A stretch of 62,393 nt of DNA, filler included, from Catajapyx aquilonaris (Eukaryota): assembly GCA_000934665.2 (NCBI GenBank). It is 2 parts of 2 records of this genome, joined end to end, with 100 filler letters (N's around TTAATTAATTAA, not from the genome) between each part and the next. Parts side by side here need not be neighbours in the genome. Positions count along the whole stretch, not along the records: positions 31,269 to 62,393 come from JYFJ02004577.1; 1 more part is not named here. One strand, 5' to 3'. Shown here piece by piece: positions 52,366-62,393 of this stretch (position 1 is the stretch's first letter; each line of letters starts with the position of its first letter). Made by a program: the position numbers and the translations under genes. The notes beneath the pieces were generated by a model. The model made no database searches. It saw only the letters and a list, made by a program, of their open reading frames with translations, and was not told the origin of the DNA.

Positions 52366-53703
52366 TTAGTCTTTGGTGTTCTGCAGAATCCAGTTTAAGA
52401 AGTGGTCCACACGGGTATAGACCCCTGGAAACTTTTCGAATCCGCATCCGAGGCCTCCCGAAACAACCCCGAGGATGTGCCACTGTCCACTGGAAGTTTC
52501 CCTGTACACTAATGGTCCTCCAGAGTCTCCCTGACAGGCGTCCTTTCCTCCCCCGGGAACACCTGCGCATATCTGGTGGTCCAAGATGCTGCTTGGTAAG
52601 TTCAACCTGACTTCAGGCACGTTCAGATACCTGTCGTAACACTCGGCCTGCTTCACCACTTGCATCTCCACCTCCTGAAGCTTGTCGCTCGTTTCGCCAA
52701 CTAATTAAAATTAAAACCAATTAAAAAGTATGAGTCTGTAATCCACGTGCAACTTACACAGTTGTTTTTGTCCCCATCCAGTTAGCACCACTTCTTTTCC
52801 GTCCAAGTTGCCCAATTGTTTCGATGGTAAGCATACAGGAAGCATTGACTCGGAGTAACTGACTGGTTCACTTAGTCTAATTAGAGCAATGTCGTAGTAA
52901 AGCGAAGGGTACTTGAATTTAGGGTGAGGTAATGTTCTCTCGATGGTAATGTTCACGGGTGAGGCGCCATCAAACACGTTGTCATTCAGGTCCAGGTCTC
53001 CCAAACGGGCAATAGTTGGTTTGCTGTCAAGAATAATTATGACAATTTGTGTCTCGTATAGTGTCAATCTTATACAGTACCTAATTAAACAGTGAGCAGC
53101 GGTTAGTACGTGACGGTTGTCTATCAAAGCTCCACCACAAAACCAGTTTGGTCTGCTTCCAGTGTTTTTGCCCAGAGCTACCTATTGCAAAATCTCATTA
53201 CAATTATTATTGATCATGGCGGTAATGAAGAAGACACGTACCATCCACGGTCTAGCGTTGAGAAATGCGTCAAATCCACCCACTGCAGCCAGTATAATAG
53301 TAGGTGGAGTGACAGGAGGCGGCGGGACATTAGGTCTTCCACATTGTGTTAGTTGTTGAGAGTGTGGTCGTTGAGGACAACATACGTATGGTTCACCTTC
53401 ACGGAACTCGCACAGTGTAGGGTTTATATGGCCGGTTATACTACAGGATGACAAAGCCTGGCATGTTCCTTCACCTCCTTCGCGTAATGTGCACGTGTCT
53501 GAATAATATTCCTCTTCTGGAAATATGATGTCTGCAAAAATTAAGCAGATTTTTTTTTTTTTTTGGCAGCCTATACGTATGAGAAGTCGAAACTTACCTT
53601 GCCTCTTGAATCTCTCTCGAGGGAAATACTTGAACGCTGAATTGTCGGGTATCAGAAGAGTAGCACAGCAAAGAAATACCATCATCCTGGTAGGTCTGGT
53701 CAT
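52366..53703 (-). CDS. Clip-domain trypsin-like serine protease, paralog 2, ~365 aa
   Basis: Exons 53703-53598, 53531-53242, 53181-53081, 53023-52758, 52700-52366; same intron positions as paralog 1 and intact triad motifs. The start may be one of the downstream Mets. Confidence 0.92.
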
Positions 53704-54628
53704 GACGCACTGAGATCGTAGCAGGCAGACGTGCGTATAGGAAAACGTCTTGTTGGACAGGTTCGGCGGACTTCATAAAAATTGCTCCAGGCATTATTTG
53801 CTCTGGCAGTAATCAACTTGTGTGGTCTAATTACTCCGGAAGTATTTAGTGCTTATTGGGGGGTGTTTGAGGCTTGTTTATTATACCTTATGCAAAGTTA
53901 ATGACGAGAAAAATGATCTCTGGTCACTTTGCAATAAAAATGGGTTGTCTCATTGGGTCAACGGGGTCAACGGGAGCGTCGTGTGATGAAGGTCATGCTC
54001 GAATGACGTAAGGTTAGAAATACCTCTAGGGGACAAACTGTTTTCAAGGCTCACTGCACTGGTTAGGAACGAGGTAATTCCACGATTTGTGTATATAGTT
54101 TATGATATTTTTTACATTGTAACTATAACTATAGAAGCCGTCAGATTCGTAAAAATTGAAGCTCCCAGAGAAAGCAGGGCCCACCACCTGGCGGCCAAAC
54201 AGGCGAAACATATGGCGGGACCGGTAAAAAGGACGGAAATAAACGCTATTTTCAAGCAGCAGCACTAACTAATAAGTGTAAGTGCCATAACACTTAAGTA
54301 GGCCTATCTGGTAACTTTTCTGCGTCTATTTAAGAAAGGATATCACTAATATATACTGTCTGACAAGCCTACAAGTGATTCAAGTGGGAATAAATCCATT
54401 GAAACAGAGTCATTAGCAAATCTGCTAGGCGCTACCACATGATAGCTGTAATTATTAAACGCGTCGCGGAAAAGTCCACGCCATTTTTTTTTTGTCCGTC
54501 AACGAACACGTGCAACGAAGGTTCCTTTCCAACAAAAGGTTCCAAGAACTTTCCAACGTGTTCCAAGGTGTTCCAAGACGGCGGAGTCAGCAGGTGATTC
54601 TGATCCGGCAACCACAGGGCCAAGTAGC

Positions 54629-55506
54629 ATGGAAGAAGAGAGTGTCCGTCCTGGTGCTGGTGTGGAGGCTGCCGCTGAGGGAGGTGCTAGCCCCGATGAA
54701 GTTCCAGGCTGTCTGCATCCGCATCATCCGCATGGTATCCTCCCGTACCAGTTCGAGCCTATCGCGGGTCAGGATGAGGTGGGACCCTTCCTTCCCTACT
54801 ACACTGATCCTAATGACGGCCGGTTGTACGCTGTGCCGGACTATGTCCTGAGTTCCATGGCCTTAACGTCGGGCGAGGAGGACTCAGATGAGGAATGGTC
54901 ATCAGAAAGTGAGGAGGGTGCGGAGGAAGCAGCTGCAGCAGTATCACAGCCGGAGTCGTCATCCGCCGGGAGGAGGCAGCAGAAAGTAGATGTGTGGTGC
55001 CGTTGCGGAAAGTGTGCCACGATGGAGACGGATGAAATGTGTCTTTGCTGCACAGAATTGACCGGTGGAGGTAGGCTACATACAGTAATTATAAACATTT
55101 TGCAATATTCTGCAGGTGTATAAAAATTATAAATGTTCCAGATGTGTGTGTGGTTGAGAACAGAGAATTTGCTGCAGTGTGCCTGAGCAAAGCTGTCCTC
55201 GAAACTGCCATGACGACCCATCTCCGGGACAAAGGACAGGCTGCTGCCACTCACAGGTGAATAATAAAATGATTCAACTCCAATAGGTTTTAGGTGTGCA
55301 GGTAGACTATGGAATTTGCATGGCTTGATTAGCAATGTGTACAAAGTGTGCCTTATTTCTTCTTTATGCGCAGGGACAAGGGGTTCAGGTTCTGGGCCTA
55401 CCGCCAATTCACCAACTGGCAACATGGCGACCTGGGTCGTAGTGTTGGGCAGGTCATACCGTCCTGTGTGGTGCAGATAGTGAGGAAGCATTTCCCAGAG
55501 GAATAG
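54629..55506 (+). pseudogene. P2X7 C-terminal ballast / nanor-like Cys-rich protein with damaged C-terminus
   Basis: Exons 54629-55070, 55142-55256, 55374-55506. PYQFEP, WCRCGKC...CLCC, FAAVCLSKAVLETA and RFWAYRQF..W.HG.LG....VIPSCVV..VR..FP match the family as recalled. TAG at 55504 and an ATCTAC duplication cut off the terminal YTGFK motif. May still be translated as a 229-aa protein. Confidence 0.75.
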
Positions 55507-55726
55507 AACATCTACGATCTACACAGGCTTCAAGAGAGCCAGGGAGGAAGAAAGTATTAATGAAAAAAAGGTCTAGCGTAACCAGAGGATCCACTTCATA
55601 TTTTTAGGGCATTACGGTCCTTCCCATTGACAGAGCTGATGACAGTTTGATGAGTGCAGAAATACACAGAACCATTAAGATAAGAAGATACATAAAATAC
55701 ACCCATTAAAACAAATCATTCAAGTA

Positions 55727-56067
55727 CAGTGCTGGGCATATTAGCCGTCGCTGAATGTTTTTTTCCGGCGGCGGCGGCGGCGGCGTTACCTGGCAACCCT
55801 GTCCGGCGGGCCAATTCAAACATTGGCACATGGAGAGTGCTTCCATTGTTGCCACTGTTTACAAATCGAGTGAGTGACGCGGACGACCCAGCGACGGGTC
55901 TCTTCTGCCGGCGCACTCACTAACTCTATTTGTAAACAGTGGCAACAGTGGAAGCGCTCTCCATGGGCTGATGTTTGAATTGGCCCGCCGGACAGGGTTG
56001 CCAGGTAACGCCGCTGCCGCAGCCACCGGAAAAAAACATTCAGCGACGGCTAATATGTCCAGCACTG
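55727..56067. mobile_element. Tc1/mariner-type palindromic MITE
   Basis: TA|CAGTGCTGGGCATATTAGCC...GGCTAATATGTCCAGCACTG|TA; ~150-bp high-identity arms. Explains the mirror-image ORFs on both strands. Confidence 0.9.
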
Positions 56068-57436
56068 TACACACCTAATCAGGTACAGGAGTAGAATAGA
56101 AAATGTCAAAATCCAACAATTTAGAAAAAGTGATGTGATTGTCATGACAATGACATCATATGTTGATGTTATGTTGTGGCATTTTCAATATCAATAATTT
56201 GGTCAAGGGAAGGGCTTAATCTAATGTAAGTGCTCAAAACGTCAATAAATCTGAATATTCAACAAAGAGTGTCAAAAATTGTCCATTAAAATTACACATC
56301 CCAGCATTTTACTTGTTACATATTTGTGCTGGAAATGAAACTATATTTTTTGTGAACCCGCCACAAGAAATGTAATGATAATTACCATGAAGACATTTAA
56401 TGATGCAGTGTTGTGAATAAGTACAGAATAATAAACATTGTTGCAAACAGTTCGCATTTGAAACCTGAGACTTTTTTTTTTTCATTTCGCCGCAAGCATT
56501 ACGTCACCCTACTCTGAAAAGTACAAGATGAGACCTCTCTCCCTGCCATCAATCCATGACCCTCCTGACTACAAAAGAAAGCAACCTTGTACAGATAATT
56601 TATGATGCACGAATTACCTTAATCAATTCATTAATTTTCTAGCGCAAAACGACAGGGGAATGCTTCACCCAAATTACCATCTGTATTCTCCTGGATATTA
56701 TAGAAGTTTTTTTTTCTTGAAAAGCTCTCAAAAGGTTCAGACACTAACTTTGTTTCACAAATATAGTGGTAATTGTACCAAGTGCAAGTGTCATCGATTC
56801 AATGGAAATCGTTAATTTTTCCAGAGCCAGGTCTATTGCCTAGGTAGGGCTGACCCAGTGAATTGATTGCCACCACCTACTGCAACTCGATTTATTTTAT
56901 CACCAAATTCTCCCCCCCAAAAAAACAATGTAGTGCAATAATTTGATTCCGCTAAGAACGTAGCCCAATGAGGATCTTTCTGGTGAACTGGTAGCCAGGA
57001 CTGTCATGCTCCCGGCAGTAGTTGAGGAAGTCTTTGTACTCCGGGACAGAGTCAAACTCTGCCTTTTGGTGGCCCTCAACATGGTGGGCCCAAGTGGATG
57101 TCCATGTTCCTTTGGGCATGAGGGCCCCGAGGAGGCAGTCCCTCGCGTACAGGATGTTCCAATCTTCTACCCATTCTCGATAGTCCTCCTCTTCCTCCTA
57201 GGGGCGGAAGTCCTCTTCTGTATAAAAGAAGTGGGTGGATAGGATGGCTATTAAAGGGAGACAAGGAGGAATAAAATTCATGTTGCAAAAGTAAGAAATG
57301 AAGTAACAGTAACTTAGGTTACTTTTTGGTAACTATTTTATTGATTTGAAGTTACTATTTTTTTTTGTGAAAATGAGTGGCAGGCCTGTAGTACACATTT
57401 ATTAAATACAAGAATAATGAAGATTAGAGCACAATT

Positions 57437-59154
57437 TTATTGCTCTCCAAATTCTGCCTCATGGAGCACCTGCAAAATCTTCAATTGGAAAGCACTTTTC
57501 TTCTTCTTTTCTAGTGCTTTAATTCGTGGCAACAAACTTAACAGGAACATCCTGTCAGGGTCCTCTTTCTGTGGTGAATGATCAACCAGCCTTTGGAGGA
57601 GAGCCAGCTCTAGTACATCAAACTTAGTCCTCTTCATAGGTGGCTCAAAGTCCTCTAATCCAAGGCTTAGAGAACGTGGAATGCTGCTTCGACTTTCCTC
57701 TTCTTCTCCTTCCCCTCCCTCTTCAGCGTCACAGTGCGGTGATGGCACATTCTCCTCCGTTAAGGGCACACTCTCCTCCGTTAAGGGCACACTTTCCTCC
57801 GTTAAGGGCACACTCTCCTCCTTTATGGGCACACTCTCCACCTCCTCCTCTTCCTGCTCCTTCTCCATTGGCAGCAGGTAGCTCTCCCAGTTTCTGGATA
57901 TACTGAAGGTGACAAAACAATCAGTTTCTTGTACCAGCAATATTCAACAGTTATATTGCATCCAGAGTTTTCATGGCTAAATCGCTATTTTTAACATCGA
58001 TAAGATGAGTGGCAGGAAATCAGTGTGAATGTGCATATTGTTGTCTGAGGGCATCTCCATGGGAACTTAAAAAATGGAAAATTGTTGACATTAATATTGA
58101 TATGATGACATTGTTAAGTGAGATATTGTTGAGGAAGCTGGGAGACCAGCCGCATTTACATGCAAGCGATTTGATTGGCAATGTTGCAGCATACATTGAT
58201 GAGCGAATCGTGGTAACAATATATATTTTCCCCCCAATCGATCTCATTGCTGAAACATCGCTGATCAAATTGCTCGCATGTAAACGTGGCTTTATGCATG
58301 TTGTGCGAGTAAGTCTTATTTCCGGAAGCTGAAACATGCGGCATTAAATTCCTCATAAAAAGCAACCCCCGATATGCGAGTGTAGGGGTGGTGTACCAAT
58401 TTCCTACAACGCATTCATAATGTGCGAATGAACACAACAAGCAAGCCACAATCAGTACGACTGAAATTAGTGTGAAGCAAAATAAGTTGATATGAGGCAC
58501 CAGGAGGAAAAACGGCATATCCAAACCGACCTCCGATTTTGAGATTGTAGTGCTTTTGTACTCTCCTGCCATGTACCTTTCATGTGGGATATGCCGTTTT
58601 CCCTCTGAATGCCTCATATAATTCAGAGGAAAATAATAATTATCACCTCCGAGGCCTTGTTACGGGCTCCAAGAACTGCAAGTGGCAGAAGAGGGGCCAC
58701 TTTCTCTGCAACACTGCTGCGTCCTTGCCACTCCCTCCTTCACCTAAAGCCTTCTTCTCCCTTACGTACTTGTCCCGTATACTTTTCCATCTGGCCTTGG
58801 TCTCGGAAACTGTAATTAAAACATTATCATAATCCGGTAAATGTCAATCGCTGATTCCCAACATCCATACACCATGCGGCAGAAAGTATTGGGCGTGGGA
58901 CTGCATAACTTGTGTGCATGTGTATACAATGGTGTAGTACCCTAAGTGCAACCTTTGTGCTGCAAACAATGTGACATGTGGTCAGGTAAGTACCAGTAAA
59001 TTGCTCTGTACTCACGGGTCGTACTGGAATTCCTGGCCACCTGGACCCAGGTACGTTCTTTAGCCACAATGTTTCTGTACTCGCGTCTCCTGGTGTCCCA
59101 AATGATTGGGTTTGCCTCGATCTCCGCGACGAACACCTCGTCCACCGAAGCCAT
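57437..59154 (-). CDS. MADF-BESS domain protein (Adf-1-like DNA-binding protein), ~255 aa
   Basis: Exons 59154-59016, 58809-58647, 57902-57437 join in frame. MADF (FVAEIEANPIIWD...YRN...WVQVA...KARWKSIRDKY...WPLFCHLQFL), acidic linker, and BESS (DPDRMFLLSLLPRIKAL...FQLKILQVL). Confidence 0.88.
57744..57838 (-). repeat. 21-nt coding tandem repeat (ESVPLTE x~4.5) in MADF-BESS linker
   Basis: gggcacactctcctccgttaa units seen directly. Confidence 0.85.
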
Positions 59155-59361
59155 CTTTGCTTTCTCTTTTTTCTTTCTTTCTTTTTGAATGAAGGAGCAG
59201 CCAGGGATGCCAACTCAGAGAGAGAGAGAGGGATCGTACCAACCCAACCGAAATAGTCATAATAATTGGCACAGGTATAGTATGTTTTATTCACACCATG
59301 ATTATTCACACAATGATTGTTACGAAATTTTCACAAATATATTTCTCGACCATCAAAGTGT

Positions 59362-60003
59362 TTAGGATGAGCTTGTTTCACAAATGTAGTGGTAGGCGCA
59401 TCCAGTGCAGTTCTCGTCGTTCCATTGAAAATTGTCCTTGTTTTCCATAGCCAGGCAGTTTTCATCTCCTCTCACATTATTAGGTTCTCCTTGATACCAA
59501 TCGAACCATTCAATTGGCCTGAAGGTGGATTGCCAGTACCAGTGTCCTTCATGGCCCAGGTCGTACCCTCCAGCCCAGAAGTTGTCTTTCATCTTGTCTG
59601 CAAACCACGAAAAGATTTATTGTTAGCAAATTAGTTTTGCAAATATAAATTTGATTGGCCTATACTATTTTGCAAGTAGTCCAGAATGACGGCATTCTCC
59701 TCCGGTCCGTCTATCTTGAGCAGTGAGCCACCGATGTAGCTGCAATACTCTTCTCCTTGGTACCAGTTTCCTTTGTCGTTTCCATCGCTGAAGGCGTAGC
59801 ATCCAGTTTCCAGCTCCATGAAAAGTGCTGGGCATCTCTTACTAGCTACATCGCCTGGAAAAGCATGCAAATGTGAAATTTAATATAGGATTTCACAATA
59901 AGTAATAAGATTAGACGATAATTTTTAATTTACCTTGAGGTAGACCTGCAGAGATTGCTGCGAAAATAAGAGGAACCAGAGCAATAGCTGATGAGAAACT
60001 CAT
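59362..60003 (-). CDS. Secreted single-CRD C-type lectin (EPN/WND, mannose-type; perlucin-like), ~164 aa
   Basis: Exons 60003-59934, 59854-59666, 59597-59362; signal peptide, CP..F.....GCY, FWAGG.D...EG.W.W, GEPNN, ENCL, WNDENC, YICE; TATATAAA at ~60101-60108 on the minus strand. Confidence 0.92.
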
Positions 60004-61794
60004 TATGACTTTAAGCTGCTGTATGTAGCCTACGTAGAGTACAGTATTGGTTATTACAACAGGCCTTCACCTAATGGTAGGTGTGTGGTGAGCTACCTTG
60101 TTTATATACAATGTATTACCTAAGAGAATTATTACAAGATTGATGATACGCTATCATTATTTTTTTGACGTCAATAACCATTTTCCTCCTTTATAAGATA
60201 TAAGGAGGTGTGAAGTGGTAGAGGAAAACCCTTGACAGCAATATTTTACGCAATAATTGCGAAAATGCGCCAATGCTAATGCAACGATGTAGGCCTATAC
60301 TCGTGGCCCTATAATGATTTCAGTATTTTCGGCCAAATAGTGTAGCATAATGACTGTATTTAGCTTACATTGCATCATTATTTACATTTTCATCGTTCAC
60401 TTAGGCTATTATTGGGATGAATCGTTTTACTGCATGTGAAGTGACTATTGTTATACAGTTTTAAAAGTATGTAGGCCTAATATTGACTTGTCAATCAAAT
60501 TGTGTACAGGATTTATGCATTTCAAAATCGGAGGCCTCACTGTTAATATTTTTATGCCAATCATACTTCTTACCTGTGTAAGGAGAGTAATCACTCATAT
60601 CACTCATCATTTTAATTTAAATAATCTATCCAGGGCATGTGTTTTTGGAGAATGTTTAAAATGTCATTTTTCTGCAATGAGCTACCGGTACATTAAATAT
60701 GTGTCACAGTGCAATGGCGGTGGATATAATGCAATATGATCTAAGCATTCTAAGGTGCATATAAATTATATAGGAATGGTTCAGCACACGAGAATAGCTC
60801 CTTCAAATAGCAAACTTTGAAAGGACATGCATTAGGAACATGTTTTGGAAATGTAGTGGTAGAGTAGGGAGATCAATGTAAGGCATAATTCCCATCATCT
60901 CTTGCACCAACTTACACCATGACCTGTCCATTATTACCAGTTTTACAGGAATTATAAAAGTTCTTCTGTTTGATCTCTCAAATATCATAGAGACTTTCAC
61001 ATGCATGCTTTTAAAGGTTATTTCATGTCCAATCTATAATATTAAAATGCTTGCGTTGGGGGGCCGAGCCCTCTGATTGGTCCGCCCCCGTATTGTTGCC
61101 GCCACCTCATCCCATTGGCCCTCCGTCCATTGTTGCTTCGTCGTATCCATGACGCATTGTTACCACGACGCCTCCGATTGGCCCCCGTTCCGAGCATGCG
61201 CAATGGATGGAAGAACGCCACAGTCGCTTGCTGGACGTCAACGAGGACGCATCATTCTCCTCTCCCGTGAAGACCCCTCCACCCTGCCACCATCCTCCGC
61301 CCGCACGTCTTCACGGTGACCTCACATCAGGGGAGGGGGAGAGGAAGGAGGAATGGAACGTGCCGTAAACAAACCAAATCGAATGTTGGCCAAGGGCGAG
61401 ATGTTGATTATTATCAGTGGTGCCAATAACTACATGGACGTTTATGAACAAAGTAAAGTAAATTTCGGTTTTTGGCCACTTCCCCTTGCGGCGAGAAAAA
61501 AAGCAGTGGTACCAAAAGCACCCAACAGGTGGAGTTGGGATGCCGTTCCTTTTCCCCCCTTCCCCCAACGCCACCTCTTGGATGCTTTCGGTAACACTTG
61601 CTTTAACTTTCCTCGGCGCAAGTGGATATTGAGTAATACGGTCCTCTCACATCTGACGGCAGTCTACTGGCATCCCCAGTGGGAAGAGTTGGTAAGCAGG
61701 ATTAGCCACGATAATCTACACTGAACCCGGGGATAGGCCGAGAACGTCAAAAGAAAGTGGCGGAAGAATTAAGCCAGTTTTTGATCATCTAACC

Positions 61795-61830
61795 CAGGGC
61801 TTCCCAAACTTTTTTCGCCGCGTACGCCTT
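61795..61830 (+). mobile_element. Probable left end of a hAT-like MITE
   Basis: CAGGGCTTCCCAAACTTTTTT resembles hAT/Charlie termini; partner end not found in the window. Confidence 0.4.
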
Positions 61831-61879
61831 TTAAAATTTGTCAAGACAGTTTGTACCCCCATTTTCATCCTACCATATA

Positions 61880-62098
61880 GGGCCGAATTCAGAGAGGTTG
61901 CTTAACGTAAACGAGCCCGATTAAATTCTTTAGTCAGCCTCGATTAGCAAATTTAGTCAACCTGCTAATACAAAGACGGCGATTAGCGCTAAACGCCCCA
62001 TAATCGCACTTGCTAGCACTTTTAAATTTGTTAATCGAGGATGACTAAAGGATTTAATCGGGCGCGTTTACGTTAAGCAACCTCTCTGAATTCGGCCC
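61880..62098. mobile_element. PIF/Harbinger-like palindromic MITE
   Basis: ATA|GGGCCGAATTCAGAGAGG...CCTCTCTGAATTCGGCCC|ATA; ~75-bp arms and 3-bp TSD. Confidence 0.85.
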
Positions 62099-62393
62099 AT
62101 AATTTATAAAACGTAGTAATTGTGAGCACTAATTACCAGTTAGTGTGATGTGTCTGGTTGCTTGCTTGCGCACAAGTGGTCAATGTTTGGTGGTCAAGTT
62201 AGTGACGTCAATTTGAGTCTCACGCAGTCGTTTTCCACAGTCAGTCGATAGGTTTGTTTTTCCTATATTTTTGTCAATTTTTTCCCCACAAATGTATACA
62301 CACTGATAATGATGCTGAACATGGTCACATGACAGGAAGATATACCCCCCGCTGCTATGACCATCTTGTCGTGGCGGGACGGGCTTGTTCTTC

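Noticed and set aside
55116..55141. Alternative acceptor at 55115 for the ballast-like gene
   Set aside because: Gives an immediate stop; the acceptor at 55141 preserves frame and motifs.
55716..56074. Paralogous small ORFs on opposite strands
   Set aside because: Artefact of the palindromic MITE arms.
61077..61724. ORFs in a GC-rich patch
   Set aside because: No recognisable domain or exon structure.

Overview
Eukaryotic, intron-rich DNA from an arthropod (pancrustacean-like protein sequences). The window is two contigs joined by an artificial 100-nt spacer (N44-TTAATTAATTAA-N44, 31169-31268), so adjacency across it is not evidence of linkage. Left contig: the 5' part (18 coding exons, ~1139 codons) of beta-heavy spectrin (karst), with introns full of MITEs, fold-backs and two tRNA-derived SINEs. 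Right contig: a 3'-truncated cystathionine gamma-lyase head-to-head with a complete NSF gene (3-codon first exon, ~9.9-kb intron 1, one GC-AG intron), two tandem clip-domain serine proteases, a decaying P2X7-ballast-like Cys-rich gene, a MADF-BESS gene, a C-type lectin and more MITEs. The top candidate for something undescribed is at the NSF stop. The UAG-C sits inside a 16-bp stem closed only by Watson-Crick and G-U pairs. It is followed in frame by 95 open codons encoding a Trp/Arg belt and a 12-glycine GxxxG zipper, suggesting a recoded (readthrough or UAG->UIG edited), membrane-anchored NSF isoform or a 3'UTR microprotein. All gene models were built by eye from splice signals and recalled homology; no searches were run.
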